Positions 13,528-30,544 of a stretch of DNA of 64,000 bases are shown here, piece by piece; the first letter of the stretch is position 1, and each line of letters begins with the position of its first letter. Under the pieces are notes generated by a model. That model made no database searches, was not told the DNA's origin, and saw only the letters and a program-made list of their open reading frames with translations. The stretch is from assembly GCA_951406725.2 (NCBI GenBank), contig OX597832.1:59334001-59398000 (forward strand). Reading direction: 5' to 3'. The position numbers and the translations under genes are program-made. Origin of the DNA: Octopus vulgaris. Taxonomy: Eukaryota.

Positions 13528-13913
13528 CATATATATATGGATGCATGCATATATATATATATATGCGTGTGTATAAATATATGTATGCATATGTACACTT
13601 GTATGTATATAGATATGTACGCATTGATATATATACACTCATACACACACACACATATATATATACACACATTCACATGAATTCATCCACAAATATATGC
13701 GTAAATACATACAAAGACTTCTGTCTCGTCAAACGCAATCTATATTTGAAACCTAATCTCGCCTTCATAATATTCCAGCTAGACATTTCCCTGCAGTAAT
13801 TTCAAAACCTCATTTCCTGCCTAATATTGGTGAGGATTTCTGTTATTCCAATACTTCCACGCCATTCTAGTCTTACTGCTAAACCTTATCAAACTGCACA
13901 TACTTATTCATCG

Positions 13914-13974
<61 letters not shown>

Positions 13975-14372
13975 CTCTAGGTTATTCCGTCAATCGTGGT
14001 TTTCAACTCTCCCCCACCACCACCCTTATCTATCTTGCTGTCAGTTTGTAACTGTCTAACTCTGTCTATTTCTTATTCTCACATTCACTCTCAGTCACTC
14101 TATCTCTTCCTATCTCTCTCCCTCTCTCTCTGTTTTCTCCTATCGATCTTTCTTTCATTCTTACATCTTGACTGTCTCTCTTTTCCCTCCGACCAATCTC
14201 TCTTTTCTTCTTCCATCCTTTATAGATGCATATATACATATACATATACACATACACACAATGATATATATATAGATTATGCATATATCTATATGTACAT
14301 AGCCATCTGTTTAACTATATGCTCTATATCTATTTATCTATTTATCTATCTCTCTATCTAAATACATGTTTG

Positions 14373-14447
<75 letters not shown>

Positions 14448-14760
14448 GGGAGAGAGAGAGAGAGGGGAGATGTGTTTGTGCGTATGTATATGAATGTAAA
14501 TGTGAATAATATATACATATATACATATATATATATGTATATATGCATACCTATATTTATATGTATATGTATATATATGCATATATATATATACATGCCT
14601 GCGTGTGTGTGTAAGGAACGCAAACACACAAACACATACACGCATGCACAAACATATATATCTATATATGTATATATATATACATATATATATGCATTTA
14701 TGTATGTGTATATATATATTTATATATATATATATATATACATATATATATGCATTTATG

Positions 14761-14856
<96 letters not shown>

Positions 14857-15136
14857 TAGAGTTATTCAAACCCCCATAAATTACACTTTATATACCTCTA
14901 ACCACTACTCTCGCTATCACTCTTCCACAATTGCTCACTTTTTTAACTCTTACTACTTTACCACTTTCCATTTAAGTATTTTCACTTTCACCATATCTGC
15001 CCGCCACCTCAGAGTATCATAGATTATCACCGAAATTCTTATTCGCATCTAATACACCACATCTTCGTCATTCTCTATTTTCTTTCATTTCCCCTCTCCT
15101 TATTCTCCTCCCTCTGCTTTTCCTTCTGCTTTTCAT

Positions 15137-15360
15137 TCTTCTTCTTCTTCTTCTTCTTCTTCTTCTTCTTCTTCTTCTTCTTCTTCTTCTTCTTCTTCTT
15201 CTTCTTCTTCTTCTTCTTCTTCTTCTTCTTCTTCTTCTTCTTCTTCTTCTTCTTCTTCTTCTTCTTCAGCTACTTCTTCTTTTTCTTCTTCATTTTCTTC
15301 ATCATCATCATCTTCTTCTTCTTCTTCTTCTTCTTCTTCTTCTTCTTCTTCTTCTTCTTC
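15137..15360. repeat. (TTC)n microsatellite
   Basis: Read directly from the sequence. Confidence 0.97.
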
Positions 15361-15672
15361 TCCTCTTCCTCCTCGTTCTTCTTCCTCTTTTCCTTCTCTT
15401 CGTACTCCTCATTCTTCTAACTTTTCTGTCCTTCCTCTCCTTCTTCTTCTCCTCCTCTATTCCTCCCATTCTCTTTTCTTCCACTTCCCACTCCTCCTCC
15501 TTCTACTACCACCACCACCACCACCAGCACGGCAACGACAACCACCCCTACCCCCTTCACCCACATAATTATCATTATCATCATTATTATTGATATGACT
15601 CGTTGTTATTACTATTTTATCAAAATATCAAAATTCCTACTACGATTTTATTGGCTCTGTCTTTTTTTGGTG

Positions 15673-15770
<98 letters not shown>

Positions 15771-15777
15771 GTTGTTG

Positions 15778-15859
<82 letters not shown>

Positions 15860-15980
15860 CATCATCATATTAGTTATTGTTCTTACTGATACTCATAGCA
15901 TTATTACAATTCTATTTTATGAATATTGAGCGACGTTCTTTTCGTGCAGCCGCCATTTCTTACGCAACTACACACACACA

Positions 15981-16063
<83 letters not shown>

Positions 16064-16389
16064 ACATACACACATATTTTAGTAGGTATGCATGCATGTA
16101 TCTGTAAAGGAGCGGGTATGTTGTAAGAAGCTTGCTTACAAACCGCATGGTTCCAGGTTCAGCTCCACTGCGTGGTACATTGGGCAAGTGTCTTCTACTA
16201 TAGCCTCGGGCCGACCAAAGCCTTGTAAGTGGATTTGGTAGACTGAAACTGAAAGAAGCTAGTCGTATATACATACATACATGCATACATACATACATAC
16301 ATACATACATACATACATACATACATACATACATGCATACATACATACATATATACATACATACATACATACATACATACATACATACA

Positions 16390-16424
<35 letters not shown>

Positions 16425-16913
16425 GTGTGTGTGTGTGTGTGAATATTTATACACGTATGCATGTATGTGCTTATATATATATATTTGTGTGTATATAGAT
16501 ATCCATGTATATACATATATCTATATTTATGTACGTGTGTGTGGGTGTGTATGTGTACTTACATATGAAAATTATTATATATATACACCTTTATGTATGT
16601 GTATTGTTGGTATGTATGTATATTGAAATAGATAAAATAAGTATCCATACATATATGTGTGTGTACGTGTGTGTCTGTGTGAGTGTGTATGTGTGTGTGT
16701 TTGTGTGTATGCATAGTGTAGATGTTTGTATATAAGTGAGCATATAGGTTTTTTGTATAAATCTACTTTTGTATGTATAAATTTCTCCAAAATAGACCTC
16801 AATGTCTAAGTTTGAACATATGTCTATCAATGTGAAGACAAAGACACACACAGACACTCAAATATACACATATATACAAATCTACATTTATATATATAGA
16901 TATACATACATCA

Positions 16914-16974
<61 letters not shown>

Positions 16975-17439
16975 TGTATGAATTCCTCCTATCACACTGG
17001 GATTGTTGAGAGAGTACAATTTGTCTAAGAAATACACACATACTTTCATACACACTCGCACGAACACAATAATGCGCAGAAGCACACACATACTCACACA
17101 CAAACACACACTTAAATATCGGTTTGTGTAAAAATTTATGCTTATAAACGCCTACATATCTATGGTTGCATAGTTACATGTAATTATACACACACATACA
17201 CACACATAAATACACATATACGCATATATATATACATATACACATATATATATGCATATAAATACATATATATATATATACGTATATATACATATTTATA
17301 TATATTTAAATATAAATACCTATATACATACATATACATACGTATATATAAACAAACATGTGCATCCGGTATATATATACTTAGGTATATACATAAATAT
17401 ATTCGTATACATATATATATACACACATACATATATGTC

Positions 17440-17492
<53 letters not shown>

Positions 17493-17511
17493 GCATGTAT
17501 ATATATGTATA

Positions 17512-17553
<42 letters not shown>

Positions 17554-18366
17554 TTGATATATGTATACATATACATACATGCATATATCCATATGCATAT
17601 ATATACACATACATGAGTGTGAGTGAGCGAGATAGAGATTGAGGGTGTACGCGTACACAGAAAAACATATACGTTCATAGATGTATGGATATAGATATAT
17701 ACACACATATGTACATACATCTCATGCATACATGCATATATACATAAATACACAGAGAAATACATACATACATACATTCGCACTTTCATACATACGTACA
17801 GACACACATATATACAAACACTCATACATACATACATGCATACATACATACGTATATACATACACGATTATATGACTGACCTCATTAGAGCATTGACATA
17901 TTACTCTCTAGGAAGTTGAAATACTGCCGTCCGCCATATAAACCTTGTCTAAACAGAAAGAATTTTAGAGACTTTATTAGCAAGTCAATCTACAGAGACC
18001 AATCAACTCACATTGTTTGAAGACAGCCATCCATCATAGGCATAAAATTATGTTTGTCTCACGTCATTCCAGCATCGACTTCATTTTGAAGTGTGTTACC
18101 TCACTGTCAATGTATATATACATATATACATAAATGTATGTATATACATATAAACACAGGAACACGCAAGGACACATACACAGAAACATACACACACACT
18201 GGCACACATATATACGTCGGTTTTCTCCTGCCATCGATCGTCCAAACCGAGTCCTTTCTCCTCCGTCTTCTGATACGCGTCCCGTAATACATAAATTTTG
18301 ACATGCCTGCCGATACATACACGCAGACAAGCATACACACGCACGCACACGCCAGACCCATATATA

Positions 18367-18402
<36 letters not shown>

Positions 18403-18466
18403 TGTATGTATGTATGTATGTATGTATGTATGTATGTATGTATGCATGCATGCATGTATGTATGTA

Positions 18467-18567
<101 letters not shown>

Positions 18568-18617
18568 TGGAATACCCGTATATATGTATTTATATGCGAA
18601 TGTATATATATATATAT

Positions 18618-18654
<37 letters not shown>

Positions 18655-18883
18655 TACATACCGTCAGACAGACGGACCGACAGGCAGAAAGTAACATGGT
18701 CATCCGTCGGTTTGTGACTAGGGTTCTGTTTGTGCCGATCAACAGACTAGCTTGTTCGTATATATTTATGCTCCGCAATTAACTGTGCAAATATGTGTGT
18801 GTGTGTGTATGTGTGTGTGTGTATTATATATTCTTTTATTCTTACTACGATTTTATTACCTCTGTGACCTTTTAGTGTTGTTG

Positions 18884-19020
<137 letters not shown>

Positions 19021-19043
19021 ATCATTATTATTATTATATGAGT

Positions 19044-22000
19044 AGTGGGTAGCAAACTTCTTCACTACTTCAGGGAGTGACGACCCTGCCTGACACGAGA
19101 TCCGGGCTCAGCTGGCTCCGATATGGGCCCCTATCCAGGGTTACGGAAAGGAGACAACCTTCAAAGAAATCCGGAGTGGAGCCCCGAAGGCGGTTTAGTG
19201 TTCGACTCGACACTCTTCCGGCAGATCCTGCAACCAAGCTGGTGCCAAACGTAATGCTCTGCACTCCTTTGGACGACATCAGCAAGGTGGAGAGAGGAAA
19301 CCTGACGATTGGGCTACCCAGGACTTTCTTATATCTAGTCCAGGCCTGCGCAAAACTGGACAGGACACTTCAGTGCTGCTGTAAAAAGCTGCAGAAACAA
19401 CACAGGAAGTAACAGTCACGAGTGATAAGTCCATTCAGATTGGCGTAAAATATGGGCGCTACGGGTTACTTCTGACGGTGGGAGGGACCTCCGTGTCCTA
19501 TTGGTTAGCTACTGCCCACCTCAAGCTGGGCAGCCCCCAGTTAATAATGTGCTTACCCGCCACAGGCCGCCTGCTTCATTGGGTGCTTGGAGCTAAGAGT
19601 ATAACTTGAAAAGTGGCCTGCAACCTCTGCACCAGGCAAACAACTAAAAGACAAGAAACCACCAGTCCTGCGGTTGGCAAGCTGGAAAGTCAGGACCATG
19701 TGCCCTGGAATATCTGATGATCTACCCAGGGTTGAAGACACAAGGAAAACGGCCATCATTGACCGTGAACTAAAGAGGCTTAACATAGACATTGCTGGGC
19801 TACAGGAGACAAGACTTCCCTCAAACGGCAAACTCAAAGAACAGGATTTCACCTTCTTTTGGCAGGGAAGCGATCCAGAAGAACCCCGTCAGTATGGCGT
19901 TGGCTTTGCAGTGAGAAACTCATTACTCTCCTCAATAGAATCACCATCAGAAGGCACTGAGCGTATCCTCTCACTGCGCCTCTCGACTTCTTCTGGCTCA
20001 GTACATCTACTCAGCATCTATGCTCCCACTCTCTACAGCTCAGAGGAGACCAAGGACCAGTTCTACAAAGATCTCAAATGTGTCATAAAAACTATACCAA
20101 CAACTGAAAATATCTACCTTCTAGGGGACTTTAACGCTCGCGTGGGATCTGACCATGATTCGTGGCCCATTTGTGTTGGACACTTTGGTATTGGTAACAT
20201 GAATGACAATGTTCAGAGACTACTCGAATTCTGCACATACCATAACCTGTGCATCACAAACACATTCTTTACCAACAAGCCATCCCACAAGGCATCTTGG
20301 AGACATCCAAGATCTCACCACTGGCATCAGCTGGATCTCATCATTACACGGAGATCCTTTCTGAATTCTGTTCTACTGACCCACAGTTACCACAGCGCGG
20401 ATTGTGACACAGACCACTCACTAATTAGAATTAGGGTAAGGATTCTGCCTAAAAAAGTCCATCTCTCCAAAAAAGTGGGCCGACCATGCATTAACACAGC
20501 TAGAACCTCGTACCCTACACTGCGAAAATGTTTTGCTGCTTCTATCAAGGTTGCCCTCGGTAGCTGCCCAACCTCCTCTGCTGAAGGTAGGTGGAATTAT
20601 ATCGGGGAAGCTTTGTATACCACATCAATAGATACTCTCGGCATGAGAGAAAGGCAAAACCCAGATTGGTTCAATGCTGGGCTCTCAGAGCTGGAGCCAG
20701 TTATCGAAGCAAAGCGTGCAGCTCTGATGCAATACAAGAGTGATTCTTCTACAAAGTCACTCGAAGAACTCAGAAAGGCAAGAAATAAAACCCAACTGAC
20801 AGCCAGACGCTGTGCAAATAGGTATTGGCAGGAAATCTGTCAGAGTATCCAGTCAGCTGCCGACAGGGGCGACACCCGTGGGATGTATGCCGGTTTGAAG
20901 AAGGCCCTCGGTCCATCCGCAACCAAGTCAGCCCCTCTGAAATCAACTACTGGAGATCTCATCAGGGATCAAAGCAAGCAAATGGATAGATGGGTGGAGC
21001 ACTACCAGGATCTCTACTCACGGGAGACTACAGTAGCTGAGGCTGCAATCGAGAGTGTCAAGATCTTGCCAGTCATATGCGAACTTGACAGTCCGCCATC
21101 TATAGCAGAGCTCACCAAGGCTATTGACTCCCTAGCAAGTAACAAGGCTCCGGGAAAAGACGGCATCCCCTCAGAGATCATCAAAGTCGGCAAAAACACC
21201 ATCCTGCTTCGGCATCTTCATGAGCTTCTGTGTCAGTGCTGGGAAGAGGGTACAGTCCCTCAGGATATGCGGGATGCTAATATCATTTCGCTTTACAAAA
21301 ACAAAGGTGACCGCGGTGATTGTAATAATTACCGTGGAATATCTCTTCTAAGCACTGTTGGAAAGACCTTTGCTCGCGTTATCCTGGCCAAGCTACAACT
21401 ACTTGCTTCTCGAATCTATCAGGAATCGCAGTGTGGCCTTAGAAGAAGCAGATCAACTATTGATATGATATTCTCCATACGCCAACTTCAGGAGAAGTCC
21501 AGAGAGCAGAAAATGCCATTATATATGGCCTTCATTGATCTAACAAAGGCCTTTGACTCGGTAAGTAGAAAACGCCTCTTCATCCTGCTCCAAAAAAATC
21601 GGATGTCCACCAAAGCTGCTGAGGATCATCAATTCTTTCCATGATTATATGCAAGGCACCATACAGCACAATGGTTCAACATAAGCCGCCTTCCAAATAA
21701 AAAACGGGGTAAAGCAAGGTTGTGTCCTCGCTCCTACATTATTTGGCATTTTCTTCTCGTTCTTGCTCTCACATGCCTTTCAGACATCAGATGATGGAGT
21801 GTTTCTGCACAATAGAAGTGACGGGAAACTGTTGAATCTCTCGCGCCTGCGTGCCAAGACCAAAATCAGAAACGTCCTGATCAAGGAGATACTATTTGCT
21901 GATGATGCCGCTCTGGTATCACACACAGAAGAAGCCCTCCAAAGGCTCATTAACTGTTTTGAGCAAGCATGTAACGACTTTGGCTTAGCTATCAGCCTTA

Positions 22001-22899
22001 AGAAGACCAACATCATGGGTCAGGCTACATCGGACATCCCAAACATACATATTGGAGACTACAGATTACAGAAGGTGGAGAAGTTTACCTATCTTGGCTC
22101 TACCGTCACCTACAACCTATCCCTTGACGCTGAGCTCAATATACGCATTGGCAAGGCAGCTGCTGCGATGGCCCAACTCTCCAAACGGGCATGGGACAAC
22201 AATAAGCTGACCAAGACCACGAAAATGAAGATCTACCAAGCATATGTACTTAGCACTCTACTGTATGGAAGTGAGACTTGGACGCTATACACACGCCAAG
22301 AGCGTCGCCTAAACATCTTTCACCTGCGCTGCCTCCGGAAAATCCTCCGCATCAAATGGCAGAACCATATCCCCAACAAAGATGTCCTCAGGCAAGCAGG
22401 AATACCAAGCATGTTTGCACTCCTCACACAAAGACGTATGAGATGGCTTGGGCATGTTAGCCGTATGAAAGAATCCCCAAGGACATACTCTACGGAGAGC
22501 TTGCTAGGGGTACTAGGTCTGTGGGTAGACCGTTCTTACGTTACAAGGATGTTTGCAAAAGGGACATGAAGGCCTGCAACATCAATATTAGCTGTTGGGA
22601 AGCAATTGCCAGCAACCGTGGAGATTGGCGATGTACCGTAAAAGAGGGAATACAAAGGAGTGACAGAGAGAGAGAGGAGAAATGGAAAGACAAGAAAAGA
22701 CGTCAACAAGAAACTATGATACTACAACCAGCCAGGAACAGTCTTCGCTACATTTGCGGTACCTGCCAGAGGAAGTGTTTGTCCAGGATAGGACTACACA
22801 GCCACAGCAGGAAATGTATCAGGACATGAAATGTAAAAGCCGGACTGGACTATTTTATGCGCAACTCCATTGTCTCCCGAGACAAAAAGGATGCCAACA
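19044..22899 (+). mobile_element. Full-length RTE (BovB-like) LINE with 11-bp target-site duplication
   Basis: attatatgagt is duplicated at 19033-19043 and 22900-22910. About 600 bp of 5' leader, then an APE endonuclease + RT ORF, then a short 3' UTR ending ccattgtctcccgagac...gatgccaacaa, typical of RTE 3' ends. Inserted at the end of an (ATT)n tract. Confidence 0.95.
19674..22829 (+). pseudogene. Disrupted RTE polyprotein (APE endonuclease, reverse transcriptase, C-terminal Cys/His motif)
   Basis: Motifs GLQETRL, LSIYAPT, GDFNARVG, DCDTDH (EN); KAPGKDGI, NYRGISLL, FIDLTKAFDSV, GVKQGCVLAPTLF, LFADD, FTYLGS (RT); C-terminal CGTCQRKCLSRIGLHSHSRKC*. Lesions: +1 frameshift in the A-run at about 21592-21598, in-frame TAA at 21682-21684, and a frameshifting deletion at about 22470 (the RIPKDILYGEL frame resumes). 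Confidence 0.93.
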
Positions 22900-22992
22900 A
22901 TTATATGAGTGATTACTGTTGTTACTCATAACATTATTACAATTACAGTATGGTGTGACGTTCTTCTCGTGCAGTCGCCATTTCTTACAGAA

Positions 22993-23043
<51 letters not shown>

Positions 23044-23302
23044 CGCACACGCATGCACAAACACATAAGTATGTGTATGTATATTCTTTTATTCCTTTAT
23101 TTGGTTCATTCATTTGACTGCGGCCATGCTGGAGCACCGCCATTTAGTCGAACAAGTTGACCCCAGGACTTTTCTTGGCAAGTCTAGTACTTATTTCACT
23201 ATTTCCTTGTTGTCGAACAGTTAACTTACGATGATGTAAACACACCAACAAGCGATGGTGGGCGGGGGCAAATACAGTTGCAGGAATACATGTATACATA
23301 TA

Positions 23303-23339
<37 letters not shown>

Positions 23340-23395
23340 GCATATTGTATGGATGTATTTCTGCATACATATATGCAAATATATGCATATGTGTG

Positions 23396-23444
<49 letters not shown>

Positions 23445-23506
23445 TTATACATACATACATACATGCATATATATATATATATTATATATATTATAAATAT
23501 TATATA

Positions 23507-24019
<513 letters not shown>

Positions 24020-24841
24020 ACGCACGCATCCCTTTTAAGTAAGATTGTTCTTTATATCAAGTTTTGTTCTTGATATTAACTTTGATGTGCACTCTTAACC
24101 TTTCTGTCCCATCCCTTTCTCAGCCTTCATTCTTTGATTTCTTTTTCCTCTACTTAACTTGTCTCTTCCTCTCTCTCATTATTCACTCTCTCTCTCCCCC
24201 TCTTCATTCTTCGTGGTTTCCTCGCAGCCATTCCCCTTGTTCTCTCCCTTTCTCTTGCTCCTCCTCCCTCCCTCCCGTCGTTGACCCGCGACGAGACTTC
24301 CGCTGCTGTCTTTCTGGCCTGGCCCTCTCAAGGTATGGACGACAATTCTTTTTGCTCCGCTCGTCGTTCATAAAAAAATCCGCGTTCGCAATACTTTTTT
24401 TCGTTCGGTGTTAACAGCCCTCCTTATCTTGTTTTTCCTTGTCCTGTCTTTTACTGTTTATAATTTGTACTGTCGTTACTGTCCTGTTTTTATTACCATT
24501 TTTTACCCCTCTGCGAAAATATCTCAGAATTTTAATTGATTTGCTTTTCGCAGGAAGGAAAATTTCTTGTCGAAGATACGTCTCGCTTTCACCTTCGAAA
24601 CGTAGAGTAGATGAAACCATAGCGACTGAAGAAGGGTTTTTTTCTTTGTGTTAATTGTCCTGTACTCTATTTTTTTGCTGCTTAAAAAATGTCCAGTTCC
24701 TTTGGTTTGTGTCTATGTTTTCGTTTCTCATTGTGTTCGACGTCTTTTTGGTGTCCTGTACTCATATATGCGTGTATATGTACATGTAGAGGTAGGTATG
24801 TACATATATGTTTATATATATGTATATGTTTATTTTATTTA

Positions 24842-24907
<66 letters not shown>

Positions 24908-25980
24908 CATATTTATAGACATGTCTGTATACATATATATGTCTTTGTTTGTGTGGGAAGTCTCCTGGCTTCATGGTGAGTGTTTTCGGCGCACAGTCGT
25001 AAGGTGTGTAGTGTTCTTGAGCAAGACACTTTATTTCGTGTTTCTCCAGACCACTGTACTTGCCATTTAAAAGCGACATCCATGTCACATTCTGTGTCTC
25101 ACTCAATTTCCCCAAGTGGTAAATTAACAGTACCCATATTCGTAGAATATTCAGTCACTTGCACGTTAAATTTACGAACTAGCTATTCTGTCGCCCGGAA
25201 CAACTAGAACCCTCATCACAACCGACGGATTGCCATACTCTTGTCTGTCTGTCTGTCTGTCTGTCAATCTGTCTGTCTGTATGTATGTATGTATGTATGT
25301 ATGTATATATGTATGTATGATTATATATTGAAATATATATATATATTTCTTTATTGCCCACAAGGGGCTAAACATAGAGAGGACAAACAAGGACAGACAA
25401 AGGGATTAAGTCGATTACATCGACCCCAGTGCGAAACTGGTACTTTTATTTATCGACCCTGAAAGGATGAAAGGCAAAGTCGACCTCGGCGGAATTTGAA
25501 ATATATATAGGCGCAGACGTGGCTGTGTTGTGAGAAACTTACTTCCTAATCACAAGGTTCTGTGTTCATTTCCACTCTGTGGTACCTTAAGCAAGTGTTT
25601 TTTACTATAGCCTAGGGTCGACCAAACCCTTGTGATGGGGTTTCGTCGATGGGAACTGAAAGAAGCCCGCCGTATACATATATATGTACATGCTTGTGTG
25701 TGTGTCTGTGTGTGTGTGTGGGTGGGTGGGTTGGGTGGGTGTGGGCGGGTGTGTGGGTGTGTGTGTGTGTGTTTGTACCCCCACCATCGCTTGACAACAG
25801 ATGTTAGTGTGTTTACATTCCCGTGACTTAGCGGTTCGGTTAAAAGGCGTGATAGAACAATAAGTTCTAGAGCCGAATTGTTCGACTAAAGACGGTGCAC
25901 CAGCATGGCCGCAATCAAATGACTGAAGGAAGTAACAGAGTGTGTGTGTGTGTGTGTGTATCTGTGTGTGTGTCTGTGTA

Positions 25981-26040
<60 letters not shown>

Positions 26041-26584
26041 TGCTTATACATGCCCGCCCCGTTTCAGTTTTTTGAGGCCCGAACATGTTAACTTTTAAGA
26101 TACGGGCATTTAAACGAAGATCATCGTAATGCATAAACGGTTCGATCTCAAGAATACTTTGCGTTTAAGAAATCTGCACAAGTTCCAACAGAATCTTCGC
26201 AAAATTAGCTATTTACCATGAAATGGATGTGTTTATCTTCGAAATGATCGGGAGACCAAGACAATTTCGATGACTTGATGTGACAAACTTCGCATGGAAA
26301 CCCCAAATGTGGAATGACCCATTCTTATATTGAAGCAATATTAAGGTTATTAATTAATTATGAATTAAATAAACAAATAAAAATATATTAGCCTGATTTC
26401 TTAATTAAAAACAGAAGTAAATAATGTTAGTAATTCGGCATACCGAGTTATTTTCCGTGAATCAAAAACTCATCTTCAAATATTCTCAAGAATACTTCAT
26501 GCATGACTCGCAAATAGGCTGAAGTAACTTTTTCAATGTTAAAATCTGGGACCATATTTGTAGTTTATATGCCGGCATATAAAT

Positions 26585-27368
26585 CTTTTTTTACTCTAGG
26601 CAACAGGCCCAAAATTTTGGGGAAGGGGGCCAGTCTATTAGATCGACCCCAGTGCGTAACTGATGCTTAAGATATTGACCCGGAAAGTATGAAGGGCAAA
26701 GTCGACCTCAGCGGAATTTGAACTCAGAACGTAAAGACGAAATACCTGTTTCTTTATTACCCACAAGGGGCTAAACACAGAGGGGACAAACAAGGACAGA
26801 CATAGGTATTAAGTCGATTACATCGACCCCAGTGCGTAACTGGTACTTAATTTATCGACCCCGAAAGGATGAAAGGCAAAGTCGACCTCGGCGGAATTTG
26901 AACTCAGAACGTAAGACAGACGAAATACCGCTATGCATTTCTCCCGGCGTGCTAACGTTTCTTTTTTCTTTATTACCCACAAAGGCTGAACATACAGGGG
27001 ACAAACAAGGACAGACAAAGGGATTAAGTCGATTACATCGCCCCCAGTTCGTTACTGGTACTTAATTTATCGACCCTTAAAGGATGAAAGGCAATGTCGA
27101 CATTGGCGGAATTTGAACTCAGAACGTAAGGACAGACGAAATACCTATTTCTTTACTACCCACAAAGGGCTAAACATAGAGAGGACAGACAAACGGATTA
27201 AGTCGATAATACCCACCCCAGTGCGTAACTGCTACTTATTTAATCGACCCCGAAAGGATGAAAGGCAAAGTCGACCTCGGCGGAATTTGAACTCAGAACG
27301 TAGCAGCAGACAAAATACGGCTACGCATTTCGCCCGGCGTGCTAACGTTTCTGCCAGCTTGCCGCCTT
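26585..27368 (-). mobile_element. SINE family A multimer
   Basis: Four tandem bodies (gaaaggatgaaaggcaaagtcgacctcggcggaatttgaactcagaacg) with a single head at about 27330-27368. Confidence 0.85.
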
Positions 27369-27789
27369 ATATAGTCTATATAATACGATGTCTCATGAAA
27401 AATTATCGGGATTGTTGGTATTTTAATAGGGTTGAAATAGTCAGAGTGAAGCCACTTGGCATTAGATGATCTTTGGGTTCTGTATCGCACATACACACTA
27501 AGTTATAATGTTCTCGTTCACTTCGGAAGTAAAGGGTGTAAAATGTGATCATCTGAAAATAGAAGATCGGGCGTTAACTGCACAAGATTTCGCACATATA
27601 AATGTATATATCTAGATACATATATGCCTACATTTCTATGAATATATGTATGATTGAGTGTGTTTCTGTGTCTATAGATCTCCATATCTCTATATGTATG
27701 CACGATATACACCAATACACCCACGCATGCACAAACATATGAAGACATATATATATATATATAGTTTGTTGTTAGTTCCTTCTCGAGCC

Positions 27790-28066
27790 ATGCTTGGCTC
27801 ATGGGGCCGGATTCCCGGTTTCCTTGGCGTATAAGTTCCCCACCTTGACGGGACGCCAATCAGGTGAGCTGTAAGATGCAAGAGGAAAGAGTGAGAGAAA
27901 GTCATGGTGAAAGAGTCAGCAGTAGTTTGCCATTACCTTCTGTCGGAGCCGCTTGCAGCTTAGGTGTTTCGCTCATAAACACACACATCGCCCGGTTTGA
28001 GATTCGAACCCGCGTACCCTCGACCGCGGGTTCGCTGTTCTAACCACTAGGCCATGTGCCTCCACT
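27790..28066 (-). mobile_element. SINE family B
   Basis: Reverse complement of the family-B head and body. Confidence 0.8.
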
Positions 28067-28120
28067 ACATATACATATACGTATTTATATACGTATATAT
28101 ATATATACGTATATATATAC

Positions 28121-28521
<401 letters not shown>

Positions 28522-28742
28522 TATATACATAAATATATACATTATATATATATGTATGTACATCTATATATATATATAAATGTACATACATATATATAAT
28601 GTATATATGTATGTATGTATATATATATATATATACATATATATACATATATATATATACATCATATATATATGTATGTACGTTTAATATATATATATAT
28701 ATATATAGATAGATAGATATAGTTATACATATATAGAAAGAT

Positions 28743-28775
<33 letters not shown>

Positions 28776-28947
28776 CAGATAGATAGAAAGATAGGTGTAT
28801 TTACATCGGCATGAGAGTTGAATATAATTAAACACTTTGGCATTTAATAAGTGGATATATATTACACATAAGATTGTATTTACTTAAATAGTAATCAATA
28901 TACTCATACGTAGACACACGCACACATAATAATATCAATATATATAC

Positions 28948-28982
<35 letters not shown>

Positions 28983-29961
28983 TACATAATTGTATAATGC
29001 ACGTACACACACACATATTGATATATATATATATATATATATATATGACTGGTTACACACATTTTAAATGTAATAATACGACCAGTGTATACTGATCAGT
29101 GAAAAGTACATATGAACTCAGTGGTAACATGTGATCACTTGTGACAATATGCAATATGAGATATATACGTGTGTGAGTATTGAGTATTGACCAACAGAGT
29201 GTATATCCATCTGGCAGCATATGTGTGTGTGTGTGTGCTTGAGACTCGGTGTGTGTATGTGCTTGATGTGTGTGGGCGTGTGATGTATGTATATATATTT
29301 TATATAATTATATTATATATGTAGGCGCAGGAGTGGCTGTGTGGTAAGAAGTTGTTTCCTAATCACATGGTTCCAGGTTCAGTCCTACAGCCTGGCACCT
29401 CAGGGAAGTGTCTTTAACTATAGTCTCGAGCCGACCAAAGCCTTGTGAATGAATTTCGTAGTAGGAAACTTAAAGAAGCCCGTCGTATATATGTATATAT
29501 ATGTTTGTGTGCCTGTGTTTGTCCCCCATCATCGCTTGACAACCGATGTTTTTGTGCTTAGGTCTCCGAAAGTTAGCGGTTCAGCTTAAGATACCGATGG
29601 AATAAGTTCTAGGCTTGCAAAGAATAAGTCTTGGGGTCGATCTGTTCGACTAATGGTCGCAGTGACAACACAACATTAAAGTATATTGCAAAGAGTGTGG
29701 GTGCATCAAGGTCTCCTTGCTTTACTCCATTTTCCACAGCAAGAGATTCATATATATATATATATATATATATTATATAGAGGGCACTGGCATCTATGTG
29801 TAATAGGGCCCTCTATATAATATAAATAAATATTTTCAAATTGAAAAAAATTACGGGTTTTTTCTCTTACGAGGATTTGTCACGCTAACTACTTGATAAT
29901 TTCTTATGAAGATTTTATCCTATTTTTAAATTTATATATATATATATATATATATATACAT

Positions 29962-30020
<59 letters not shown>

Positions 30021-30035
30021 CATATATTCGCATAT

Positions 30036-30119
<84 letters not shown>

Positions 30120-30420
30120 GAATGTGTGGAAGTGTGAGATAAATATCATTTAATGTACATAGTATTAAAGTGAGAAATACTAATAATTTCTTGCCATTGA
30201 GACACGTAGATTGGCAGATTGTTATAACGTACATTGTGTCTCCAAGCAATCTTCAGTCTCTCTCTCCATCTCTGTCTCTGTCTCTGTCTCTCTCTTTTTC
30301 TCTGTATATATACAGAATATTATTAACCACATATACTGAATGTATATGTTCCGCCAATTTTACGGTGGTTGCGATAGCGTAATGCAATATATACACTCTA
30401 AAATCGCTGCATATTTCAGA

Positions 30421-30544
<124 letters not shown>

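Noticed and set aside
24590-24640. Possible permuted (type II) hammerhead: ccttcGAAACGTA...CTGAAGAagg
   Set aside because: No stem I can be formed between the cleavage site and the core.
26832-27469. Recurrent ORFs 'YRPRKDERQSRPRRNLNSER'
   Set aside because: Antisense translation of SINE family A, not a protein family.
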